Shown here: positions 55,001-64,000 of the stretch, piece by piece | How the letters are laid out: every line of letters begins with the position of its first letter | How positions within the stretch are numbered: position 1 is the first letter of the stretch | DNA from: Lingula anatina | Lineage: Eukaryota; Animalia; Brachiopoda | Direction: 5' to 3' | Assembly (NCBI GenBank): GCA_051362555.1 | Contig: CM120640.1 | Location: forward strand, 67,186,788-67,250,787 | Length of the DNA: 64,000 nt | Notes under the pieces: generated by a model | Seen by the model: the letters and a program-made list of their open reading frames with translations, nothing else | The model's database searches: none | Told to the model about the DNA's origin: nothing | Made by a program: the position numbers and the translations under genes

Positions 55001-55775
55001 ATGTGTACTGACTTTTAGGTATGTACCGCCCAATGAGCACATTTCCACAGTGACCTCCAATGCAACTGGCCACAGCAATTTCAAACTCTACACTTGACTC
55101 TATAGAACACAACACATGCCAGAATTCCAGGCCATTAGAATCAGAGTTGCTTACAGATTAAGTTCAAGCATATCATGGCTGTCACACCTGATAAAATGCA
55201 CCGACTGACCCCAAACTGCAGCAGAAGTTGGTGCAATGTTACTTTTGGAGGACAAACTACAGTACAACATGTTCTATGCTTGTGATACATTTACCAGTAA
55301 GTTTGTCATAGGTCGTAGCCATTGCATCATATTTCCTCATCCAATTACTATAACCTATCACGTCACAATCAAATTATCTTCAACCTCATCTTCAACATTC
55401 AGAGGTGCAGTGATGAATGAATTGTTGTCATAAAGCCAAAATAAAATTTGCAAAAATAATTTTTTTATGACAAGACTTGGTTTAAGACCATATATTATTG
55501 CAAAACCTGTGAAAACGCACTGAATGATGCCAAATGAAATAGGGTTCCACTGTATTATTACATGGGACTTTTTTTGTGGATTTGGTGATATGAAGATACG
55601 AAGATATGAAGATATGAAGAAATTATGTTAAAATAATGTATACTTATCAAGTGCTTCTATCAAGCAAATCTAGTGACACCAGATTGGCGTATATCACTTA
55701 CCTCTTCATAAAATTTCAACTGAGGTACCGACTCATCACAGCAATTTTCACAAAACTCTTTGAAGAGCAAAAATC
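23128..55775 (-). CDS. GRK2: G protein-coupled receptor kinase 2/3 family (beta-ARK / Gprk1-type) gene span; 17 coding exons seen, N-terminal exons not found in window
   Basis: Spliced translation shows the RH domain, kinase motifs [34 protein letters not shown] and GTHGYMAPE, the AGC tail [22 protein letters not shown], a PH domain and a C-terminal HRNSNGS*. Phases are consistent throughout. Confidence 0.96.
23631..23747 (-). CDS. GRK2: GRK exon, PH domain ([39 protein letters not shown])
   Basis: 117 nt, CAG/GTGAGT, phase 0/0. Confidence 0.88.
24041..24195 (-). CDS. GRK2: GRK exon, PH domain start ([52 protein letters not shown])
   Basis: 155 nt, CAG/GTGGGG, phase 1/0. Confidence 0.91.
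24629..24736. repeat. Interrupted (CA)n microsatellite
   Basis: Direct reading. Confidence 0.9.
25346..25508 (-). CDS. GRK2: GRK exon ([54 protein letters not shown])
   Basis: 163 nt, CAG/GTATGA. Confidence 0.94.
26192..26354 (-). CDS. GRK2: GRK exon ([54 protein letters not shown])
   Basis: 163 nt, CAG/GTATGG; AGC C-terminal tail. Confidence 0.95.
26533..26633 (-). CDS. GRK2: GRK exon ([34 protein letters not shown])
   Basis: 101 nt, CAG/GTAAGT. Confidence 0.94.
27919..27985 (-). CDS. GRK2: GRK exon ([22 protein letters not shown])
   Basis: 67 nt, CAG/GTAAGG. Confidence 0.95.
27995..28071. repeat. Poly(A) plus (TA)n microsatellite next to a GRK acceptor site
   Basis: Direct reading. Confidence 0.9.
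28559..28666 (-). CDS. GRK2: GRK exon ([36 protein letters not shown])
   Basis: 108 nt, CAG/GTGAGG. Confidence 0.96.
29552..29646 (-). CDS. GRK2: GRK exon ([32 protein letters not shown])
   Basis: 95 nt, TAG/GTAAGT; DLG motif typical of GRKs. Confidence 0.96.
32789..32945. repeat. Degenerate minisatellite with a ~31-36 bp unit (GCTACAGAAGGAACAC...GAGATA.AGCTAAC), 4-5 copies
   Basis: Recurrent TACAGAAGGAACAC core. Confidence 0.65.
33173..33385 (-). CDS. GRK2: GRK exon ([41 protein letters not shown]...YRDLK)
   Basis: 213 nt, TAG/GTACGT. Confidence 0.95.
33798..33897 (-). CDS. GRK2: GRK exon ([33 protein letters not shown])
   Basis: 100 nt, TAG/GTAAGT; contains the catalytic Lys. Confidence 0.96.
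36568..36659 (-). CDS. GRK2: GRK exon ([31 protein letters not shown]), kinase P-loop
   Basis: 92 nt, CAG/GTGAGT. Confidence 0.96.
36989..37040 (-). CDS. GRK2: GRK exon ([17 protein letters not shown])
   Basis: 52 nt, CAG/GTAAGT. Confidence 0.92.
40391..43780 (-). mobile_element. Non-autonomous Helentron-type element (HINE/DINE-1-like), copy 2, in a GRK intron, interrupted by a TIR transposon
   Basis: Same termini and hairpins as copy 1; (GGCATC)n array at about 43677-43719; repeated subunits of about 335 bp (e.g. starting near 42620 and 42955). Confidence 0.75.
40972..42446. mobile_element. Non-autonomous DNA transposon with 26-bp perfect TIRs and TA target duplication (Tc1/mariner-pogo-like)
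   Basis: CGGTAATTCTCCAATCTATACGAACG at 40972-40997 and its exact reverse complement at 42421-42446, each flanked by TA. Repeated subterminal TACGAACG motifs. No transposase ORF. Confidence 0.85.
44175..44236 (-). CDS. GRK2: GRK exon ([21 protein letters not shown])
   Basis: 62 nt, TAG/GTAAGT. Confidence 0.92.
45114..45200 (-). CDS. GRK2: GRK exon ([29 protein letters not shown])
   Basis: 87 nt, CAG/GTGAGA. Confidence 0.88.
45433..45461. repeat. (TCTA)n microsatellite
   Basis: Direct reading. Confidence 0.85.
47815..47853. repeat. (CA)n microsatellite
   Basis: Direct reading. Confidence 0.8.
48114..48215 (-). CDS. GRK2: GRK exon ([34 protein letters not shown])
   Basis: 102 nt, CAG/GTAAGT. 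Confidence 0.93.
54206..54372. mobile_element. MITE with ~55-bp imperfect TIRs, PIF/Harbinger (Tourist)-like
   Basis: GGTCCCATTCAGAA...GGGTCAAATATGGCCGACCCACT is mirrored by AGTGGGTCATCATATTTGACCC...TTCTGAATGGGGCC; flanks TAA/TGA. A diverged related fragment lies near 32151-32216. Confidence 0.65.
55702..55775 (-). CDS. GRK2: GRK exon ([25 protein letters not shown]), RH domain
   Basis: 74 nt, CAG/GTAAGT, phase 1/0. Confidence 0.9.
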
Positions 55776-57600
55776 CTGAAAATAAAAAATAAAAACTATT
55801 ATCATATAAGACCAGTTAAAGTAATAATCATATTTGAATGCTATTTTGTGAGACAATGGTAAATATGTAAATAACAAAGATTTAGCAAGGAGTGAAATAA
55901 TAAAACATGATTTTAAGCATTTAATCCCTTTGTCTACAACTACCACGTCTGCTTTTGCATCAATCATGTTAAAATGTATTTGTAAGTCCTCTAAATTATA
56001 ACAAATGGATTCACCAAACTATTCTATAACTGCGTGGCAGACAGAGAAAACACAAGAGATTTGTAAAATGTAATATTGCAGTAATTATACTATTCAAGGG
56101 AACCCCTTTAGGTATAAGAACAAGGGCAAATAACATCAAAACACACAAACTTCCAGGGAGCCAGGAAAAAAGCTGGCATCATATAGAACACATAGAAAAG
56201 AAATCAATTTTAGATGTGCATTAATATGATTTCTAAAGCCTACACCCACAGGTAGTTTAATTTTCTCTTTAAAATGTTTGTTAATCCAGTTTTGTGTTAA
56301 TTTGCCTTGGCATATTTCACATAAATTTGCTGATGTGCTGGGAGCTTCTAATGGGCAGCTTCAGGATTTACTAAGCAATGACATCTGGCCACAAATTGGT
56401 TCAATGTTTTATAAAGCAAGAAACTCACACACAAATTTTCCCATCTAAATATCCTAGCACTGAGGAATAACCTGGTTCCCATTTTATGTATGTGAGAATA
56501 CTTATCCATACTGTGAAGATGCTTATTTTCCTGGAAGACTTCACTGGCTCATTGTAAAACATAATTCATTGATAGTCTTAACTGTTAATTAAGTAATTAT
56601 CCGACTTGAACCAAGACATTACGAAAATGCTAGGTGACTATATGGTGTTCATGTAATGTGTCTGCAGTGCTGTGTTTTTCCAATTCTTTATATTTTTCTG
56701 TCTACAGTCTATACACAATTCTTTATAACATCATGTCAAACATGTACTAAATGTTTTTTTATGTAATTCTCAATATTGGAGAAAAAAACTGATATTCAGC
56801 ATATTTCAGTGACATAAGATGGAAAGGCTCACGCCCCCCATGGCCAGTTATAGTTTTCCAGAGTTTCAGAAAATTAAAACATAATTGGTCCAAGCCAAGA
56901 TATAACCAAGATGTAGAGGTGCTGTGGACAGAAATGGACAAGTTGGTAGATTGCATTATGCCATGCAGAGTCTTACTTGGAATAAAAACACTGATTATGA
57001 ATTATGTATAAATATTATGCTTAAAGGAATTCTTTTGATCTCTTTCTTCTCCACAGTAGCATTCCAAGAAATTTACCCATGTTAACCCCAGTTTTATATC
57101 ATGAAATGTTTACCATAGCCCGATGCCTGGAAGGTTAGTTATTATGATATTACTCCACACACATATGGTCTAAGTCTCCTAGCTTAAGGTATTTGTGTAG
57201 GAGGCAATACCATGAGCAAAACTGGCATTTGCAAAGTGTTTTTAATCATGAAAAGTCCTTTCAAACATTCTTCTTAGAAACTGATATGAGGCATTGAAAG
57301 GTTGTATATCACTGGAAATGCACAAATTTACTCTAGCTTTTTATACCAAAAGAGACAAAAGATGATAACTTTTATTCATCAATGTTTCATAATAGCGACA
57401 TTTTTACGAAAATGACATAAGACAACATCAACTGATATACTCGACTTTCTAAATGACAAAAGGTGTTGCACATGATATATTATCAGTTATGTATGCTTTA
57501 AAAGCGATACAGCCACAAGTTTCTCATCCCTTGCTCTCCAACACACCTACCTTCAGAAGCTCTAGCCAATGGAAAATTTAATGAAGCCTTTTTTATTTTT

Positions 57601-57605
<5 letters not shown>

Positions 57606-57634
<29 letters not shown>
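57606..57634. repeat. (TG)n microsatellite
   Basis: Direct reading. Confidence 0.85.
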
Positions 57635-57638
<4 letters not shown>

Positions 57639-60473
57639 CTTGCATATGTATTTGTAAATTTTTAGTGTTTATTGTGATCTTCCTGTTTCGATTTTTCTTG
57701 GCTCATGGACCTCATGATCACTTGTGTAAAATGTAACCTCAAGTTTACAATCTAATGTGCTTGGGTATGAATGGTATTTCGATAAAAAGCCACAACTACA
57801 ACTATCAAATTTCCCATGTATTAAGCCAGTCATTTTTGCTTTGACTGGGCTTCTTTGACTTGGAGATTTTGTCAGGATAATGTACGATTAAAATCAAAAA
57901 CGTACTTCCAGATCACATGCTGATAGAGACTGTAAGAGCCTCCTCCTGCATCTAGTTGGTTGGCAACTGATATTATAGCATGTTTCATGAAGTTTTGCAT
58001 GTAGATGACGCCTACATAGTACTATGCATTCTCCCCTCTCCATGATACCTCTTGTATACCTGACATATCCCCTCCATCATCAAACCTTGCAAGCTTTTCT
58101 CAGGTAAAGCTGCTATCAAACCCTCTGATACATCAATTTCTCCTGTATTTCTCCTATATAGACAAAGAACTTATTATTGAAAAAAAAAAAGAAAAACATG
58201 TTTGCATTTCAATTTCCTGGCTTCCATGTAGTTATTGAATTGATCGTTTCAAATTAAGCTCAAAATTCAACTAATGAACATTACTAAGTGCATTTAGGGA
58301 ACATGGTTGTTAAGCTAAGGGGTTGATCTGATATCGAACTATTGGCTTGGGACAATGTAAACCTATCTAAACGTAAAAGAATAATTGAAAGCACCCAACT
58401 CGGGCGGCAAGAACATACATTTTAGTTTTTCACATTATCAAGGCTTATGTCAAATACATTTTGATATCTTTTTCAATTTGGAATAAAAAGGGTGAAAAAT
58501 CCCTATTGTGGCTATGATATCTGTATTATCAAATTGAAGATAAAGGTTTATCTTAGTCCAGGTAATGGAGTTGAATAGTAGATACTAGGAATGCGCACTG
58601 TAATTTCATCTGCCTTAAGTATTTTAATGTGAGTTACCTTTACTGAAGGGGTTTGCATGAGGAAATTTACCTGTGGCAATTAAACAGACATATATCAAAG
58701 GCAGTGAACTCCTGCATGCACTATTTTAGTTTTAAATGAAGTTCATGATGGATGTGTGGGAGTTAGCTTTTACCTAATTATATATTTTTCTTTGTTGTTT
58801 TTGTTTTTCACAGAGGACAAAAGTTTCCTTAATAGCTTTTCTGATGTTTTGAAAATCGCATTCTTTGTTGCAAGATTTAATGATGCACCTGATGTCAGGT
58901 TTTTTCCTGGCTAAATTCTTTCAAGAGTTGTGTGAAACGTGGTGTTATCTGTTGGCAGTTCTGAGTGAAAAGATCAATACACAGGGCCTAACCTGAGGAA
59001 TGACCTTGTCAAGGCCTGCAAACACCTTCATGTAACATTACCAGCATTTCTTTATTTACTTGTCATTTCTTTGTTTATATAATGAAATTGTGTTAAAAGT
59101 GGATTCGGTATTAAATTTATGTGACAGAAGTGGTGATAGATGCACCATAGCATATCAAACATAGCACTTCCTGTGAAGATCTTTTAGGCAGTAATGTTTC
59201 AGACATTTCATGGTGAATAATTCTGATTAGGGTTAAGGTTTGTATTAGCCTGTTGCTTACGGTAACTTGGGTGAGATTGATTGGCTCAGGATGTACAGAG
59301 TGTCCTCCAAATTAATAAAAAATATTAACCCCTATACCCTCATGCAAACATCCACCCACCCATTATCCCACCCATCCACACAAATCTTACATACATAGCA
59401 ATGGCAGCATATAAAACACTGATCCGTGATGACAGATATATCAGACAAGTTGGGTAGGTATTGTGTGGGAGTTCTTTTTCTTTGATTTGTACACACTGGA
59501 TAAGACCATTTGCCATACATGTCACTTCTTTGTGTGGTATATAATATGAGTGTGTTACAAAATAGAGCCTTGCAAAGAAATGTTTGATCAAAAAGAAGTC
59601 ATATAAGGCATATATGTTAGGTATGATTATATACAGAAGTATTTCACATAAGCAGCATTATATACATGGGTTTGGCAAAGAGAGGATTTTGAATGAATTA
59701 CTCATAGACATTATTGATTGCATTATTCACAATGAATGTTGGGGTAAAGATGAATTACACTTTTCAATATGTTTTCCTTCAAAGCAGTGTATCTAATCGT
59801 TAAAGGTTTCCATTATGTAAATCTGACTGCATAATTCAAAAGTTTTTTCACGTACACAGGTACTTGAACTGTCTCTGGCTACATAAATAGATATTGAACA
59901 AATTCAGAACAATTCTACTTATCATACATCAGATAACACTTCATCAGTGCATCAGATTACATTATATTACATCACTTGTTACTGGGCTATACAATTCTAC
60001 TTGGCAGTAACCTGAGTGTTCCCTATTGATAGTTCTTCCCTTTTTCAGATGAATGCCTTCTTTTTAACATCAAAATTATTTTTAACTGAATTGTGAGTGT
60101 TCTAGTTAGTATTCACTGGCTGGTTAAGATTTACACAACATAATTCAAAGAAAGTGTTTAAAAAGACCTGTTAAATGCACATGTGAAGTCTGAATCATGT
60201 TTTCATTATATGAAATGTGGATCAATTTCGTCTCAAACCAGATTATATCCAAGAAGATTGGGAAACCTGTTTTGTACCAGACTAATTCATCGACTATTCA
60301 TAACTGTAATATGTAAAGAACAATAAAATTCTAACAATAAATATCTGTGATTAGTTTCACATGATATGATGCTGTACATGTTTCTTCACATTGTAAGTAA
60401 TTTTGCAGATTACCAAAGCCCTGTAGGAAAGGTCTTCATTTGGTTTTTTAAGAATACATAATTACATAATTAA

Positions 60474-60526
<53 letters not shown>

Positions 60527-60533
60527 ACACACA
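60474..60533. repeat. (CT)n(CA)n microsatellite
   Basis: Direct reading. Confidence 0.85.
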
Positions 60534-60969
60534 TACCAACACTTCTATCAATTATCCATTCAATGTTCATAACAGAGATAAATAAGCTGCCTAAATCATA
60601 TGTATAGCGTGTTCCGCCAGGTCACATTAGGCCAATTCATGCATCCATATAACAGTTGTTCAAGTTTCTATATAGAATATATACAAAGTGGAATTAAGAG
60701 ATCTCAGATCAGGTTCAATCTTACAAGCTACAGTGGTATTTCAGTGTACCAAAGTTTCCAGAAAATACCTCTTTCATTGGAAGAAAAAATCCAGACAGAC
60801 CAGTCATCTGAGGCCACTTGAGCTGCGTTTAATAAATATTTATATTTGTCAGGGGATTGCATTCCCAACACTTCTAGACAGCCACCTTATGGCCACATCC
60901 AAAAAGGCAACACATTAAGAATATGGCTAGACCAATTTTCATGTACTACAGGGATCAATACACATTCTA

Positions 60970-61021
60970 ACACACACACACACATGCACACACGTGCACA
61001 CATACACACACACACACACAC
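60970..61021. repeat. Interrupted (CA)n microsatellite
   Basis: Direct reading. Confidence 0.8.
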
Positions 61022-63152
61022 AAAAATACAAACAAAAGTGCTATCGCAACAGTTTTTGCTTTCAACTTGAAAATTATCATTTTTCTTTCCCATCAAGACA
61101 GACATAAATCTTAAGCAATAGCTTAGAAAATCCTATCTTTGAACATTTGATCTTCAGTTCAAGTGCATCAGGAGTGTAACAGTTTGAAGCTTGCAGACTC
61201 CTGAATAGCTATGCAGATGAATTTTCTCTTTTTGCCTTGCTACTTGCAGTAATGCGGCCGAGCATCACTTTTGATCTAAACTACAATCAGCTAAAGCATA
61301 ACAATTTAACTGTCACCAATCAAGCCCTAGATGGATGCCTGGGGCTCTGGCAATTACGTTCACCCAGCATACAATTCTGTGATTGCACAGCCACGATTTG
61401 ACAACATATGATCAATAATGGTGGGATCCTGATATGCAAAATGGAGATCAATACATGAAGCCTACAACAAATATCTCAGATGGGTTTCCAGCAGTCTGCC
61501 CTGGTCTGCAAGCTGAAGGTCATTGGTGCACAGACAACTCCACTGGCCTTATATTCATGCAATGTATGGTATTACAATTGCTCTCTGCTATTCTGTCTAC
61601 ATTTACATTTTCCTACAGGGCCATTTCAATTTCTTATGCAAGAAACTGGGATGTATTATCCACCCCTGGACTAACTTCAGTGTGGCTTCCATGAATAAGT
61701 AAGGGGTATTCTGGGAATATATCATGTCATCAAAACAGAAGCCAACAATATGCAGAAACTCCCATCTTGATTATCATGTTTGCTTTTTGTCCTGATCAAA
61801 TCATCAATTGTAAAGAGCAGAGTGAGCGATAAAAAAAAAAAAGTATAATGGTGAATTCACCATTTTCACATAATTTGAAATTTAGGGGGTGGATTTCTTG
61901 TATATGAAAAGTGAGTGCTTTTAAAACTCATAACCATTACAAAACTTTAATATATCATGTTTAGAATATTTCAAAACTTGATTACATATGAAAAATTTTA
62001 AATGATGCTTAGAAACATGTAATGGCAAGTTATGACACTGAATTTAAAAGAAAAGGGATCCTGAAATTGTGTCTGGATTAATTTGACTAACTGAATGAAT
62101 TCAGGTAAAGGCATTTGAGAAAAGTAACTAAAAGAAAATCAAATTCCTATTCATGGAGTACATTGTACCAATAATATGCCATTTATGTCTTTATTATATA
62201 GGGTATTCATCTTCATAAAAGATGACAGTATAGTGATTTAACCCTTGAACAATAGGCTGACAGATGCACAAGTCTAGCCATACCTGTAACTTCCGTATGC
62301 TAATATTTACAATAGAGTATTTGAAGGGTTGCTTGCAGCAGAGTGAAAATCAGTTGTACAACAATGATTTTTTTCTAATCAATATATCTACTAGTCCTGT
62401 GAGATCACTGCCTTTTAAACTTATCCAGATGAGACTATACAAAAACTGTTCTTTTTTGATAAATATGACAGCGTGCCAATAAAAAACATCAGTTAGCCAT
62501 CTCACAGAGTCCTAGCAAACAAATATACATTCTATTCATTGCTTTATTGGTTCTTTACATTTATTATATTGCTCTTTTTCCCCAATTGTATCATAATAAA
62601 ACTAATGTTCATAAAATTTTCCATATATTATTGGATTTGTCAAACGTGCATCTTCTTATCAGCAGATAACTCGGAAGATAATCACTGGCATTGTGTGTCG
62701 TGATTACTTTCAATAATACTGTGGTATTGTGCCTTCACTGTCATAACAGTGTATTAACCTCAAACGAACTTTTCACCTCCCAAGACCAGACACACAGCTA
62801 CAGGATATTAACATGTATATGCTAACTATAACATAATATACCCTTACTGTTTTAATTATACATATACAGCCTTGCAGCTGATCTGACAAAGAGACAATCA
62901 AAATTTCATTTTCAAATTCTTGTCCAACTATCTATGGTCCTTTTCACATTGTGTAGGGCACTGTTGTTTTGCACTACTTTAGGAAACTGACAACTAATAG
63001 CCCAGCTATTAAGAGTTATAAATGCAGGTTTTAAAAATTCATGAAAAATATCGTTTCATAAGGTTGTAAGGGTTTTATACCCCAAGTGACAACTTGCTGC
63101 ATATTAAAACTATTGCAAGCATGAAATATGACAAAATTCCTTATATCAATTA

Positions 63153-64000
63153 CGGTAAAGTGCCATGAATTTCGAACGGCTCTTGAATTTCGAACGATCT
63201 TAAAATCGGCCGTCTGGAGTTTTTTCTGGACCATGAATTTCGGCCAGTAAGCAATTTTGCGCGATCTTGATTTCGTGAATTTCGTACACCTTAAAACCGG
63301 CCACCGGGCTATTCTCGCGCTTATAAAGATCTAACAGTCGGCAATGTTGCCCTAGCGTACCTTTACCTGAGTACTACATGTGCGGCCCAAGGTGCAAGAT
63401 AACGATCAGTACAGTTAGTTTAGGACGCTAAACAACATCGTCATATCTATTCATTCAGATAACAGGAGAATCTATTAAGAGTTGTACTGTCGGGCTGTTG
63501 TTTCTTTACCGCAGTATTCGGTGTGAGATAGCGATCGGTAGTTTTGCTGAGGCGCACAATAGCATTGTTAACAGCAGAGACTTCAGTAACAGAACAAAAG
63601 AGCTGCAATAAAGATAACCATTATTGCTTTCTTGTCTCGCTCAGATCGTTCACGATCTCCCGCTGACGATCTTCCGGTAATGAAGTCCCTTGAAATGTAC
63701 AAATGAAATGAAAAATATTTTTAAAAATTATAAATTCCAATGGGGAGGGATGGAGGGTTAAAAACAATCGAGAACGATCTCCGGCTGACGATCTTCCGCA
63801 AACGAAAGCCACTGAACGAGTATGAGCTTTCTCGTTTCACTCGGATTGCGACGCTGACGATACGAAAATTGCGTTCTCGTCTCGCCCTTTGGCTTACGAA
63901 GTCTCTTTAACAAATATGAAAATTGCCTCCTGGTCTCTCTCGGATTGCGAACGATCTCTCGCTGAAAATTTGAAATTTTCCTTTTTGTCAATCAGCTTTG
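63153..64000. mobile_element. Left part of a CpG-rich TA-target TIR element related to the 40972 family; runs off the window
   Basis: Starts TA|CGGTAA like the 40972 element. Subterminal GAATTTCG(AACG) motif repeated 4 times (63167-63287), internal ACGATCTCC.GCTGACGATCTTCCG repeats, and an abrupt rise in CpG content. Confidence 0.55.

Noticed and set aside
55776-64000. Search for GRK exons 1-2 (MADLEAVLADVSYLMAMEK; IRSVM..YL)
   Set aside because: No match found by eye; they probably lie beyond the window end.

Overview
AT-rich, CpG-depleted, intron-rich animal genomic DNA (invertebrate, probably lophotrochozoan/mollusc; inference). It holds two multi-exon genes on the minus strand. (1) A sodium/sugar cotransporter of the SLC5A SGLT group: ATG at 18296, exons traced down to position 1, 3' end outside the window. 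(2) A GRK2/3-type (beta-adrenergic receptor kinase-like) kinase with RH, kinase and PH domains: 17 coding exons from 55775 to the stop at 23128; its first exons were not found and probably lie beyond 64000. The main finding is in the transporter. The exon encoding extracellular loop 3 and the sugar-binding half of TM6 (WYWCSDQ) occurs as four divergent, intact tandem copies (2952-5957) between single-copy flanking exons. All four have identical splice phases, which indicates a mutually exclusive exon cassette that swaps substrate-pocket residues and glycosylation sites. The introns carry two Helentron-type non-autonomous elements (HINE/DINE-1-like), one with a nested TA-target TIR transposon, plus a Harbinger-like MITE, a second TA-target element at the right edge and many microsatellites. 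All exon calls were made by hand from translation, splice sites and phase.
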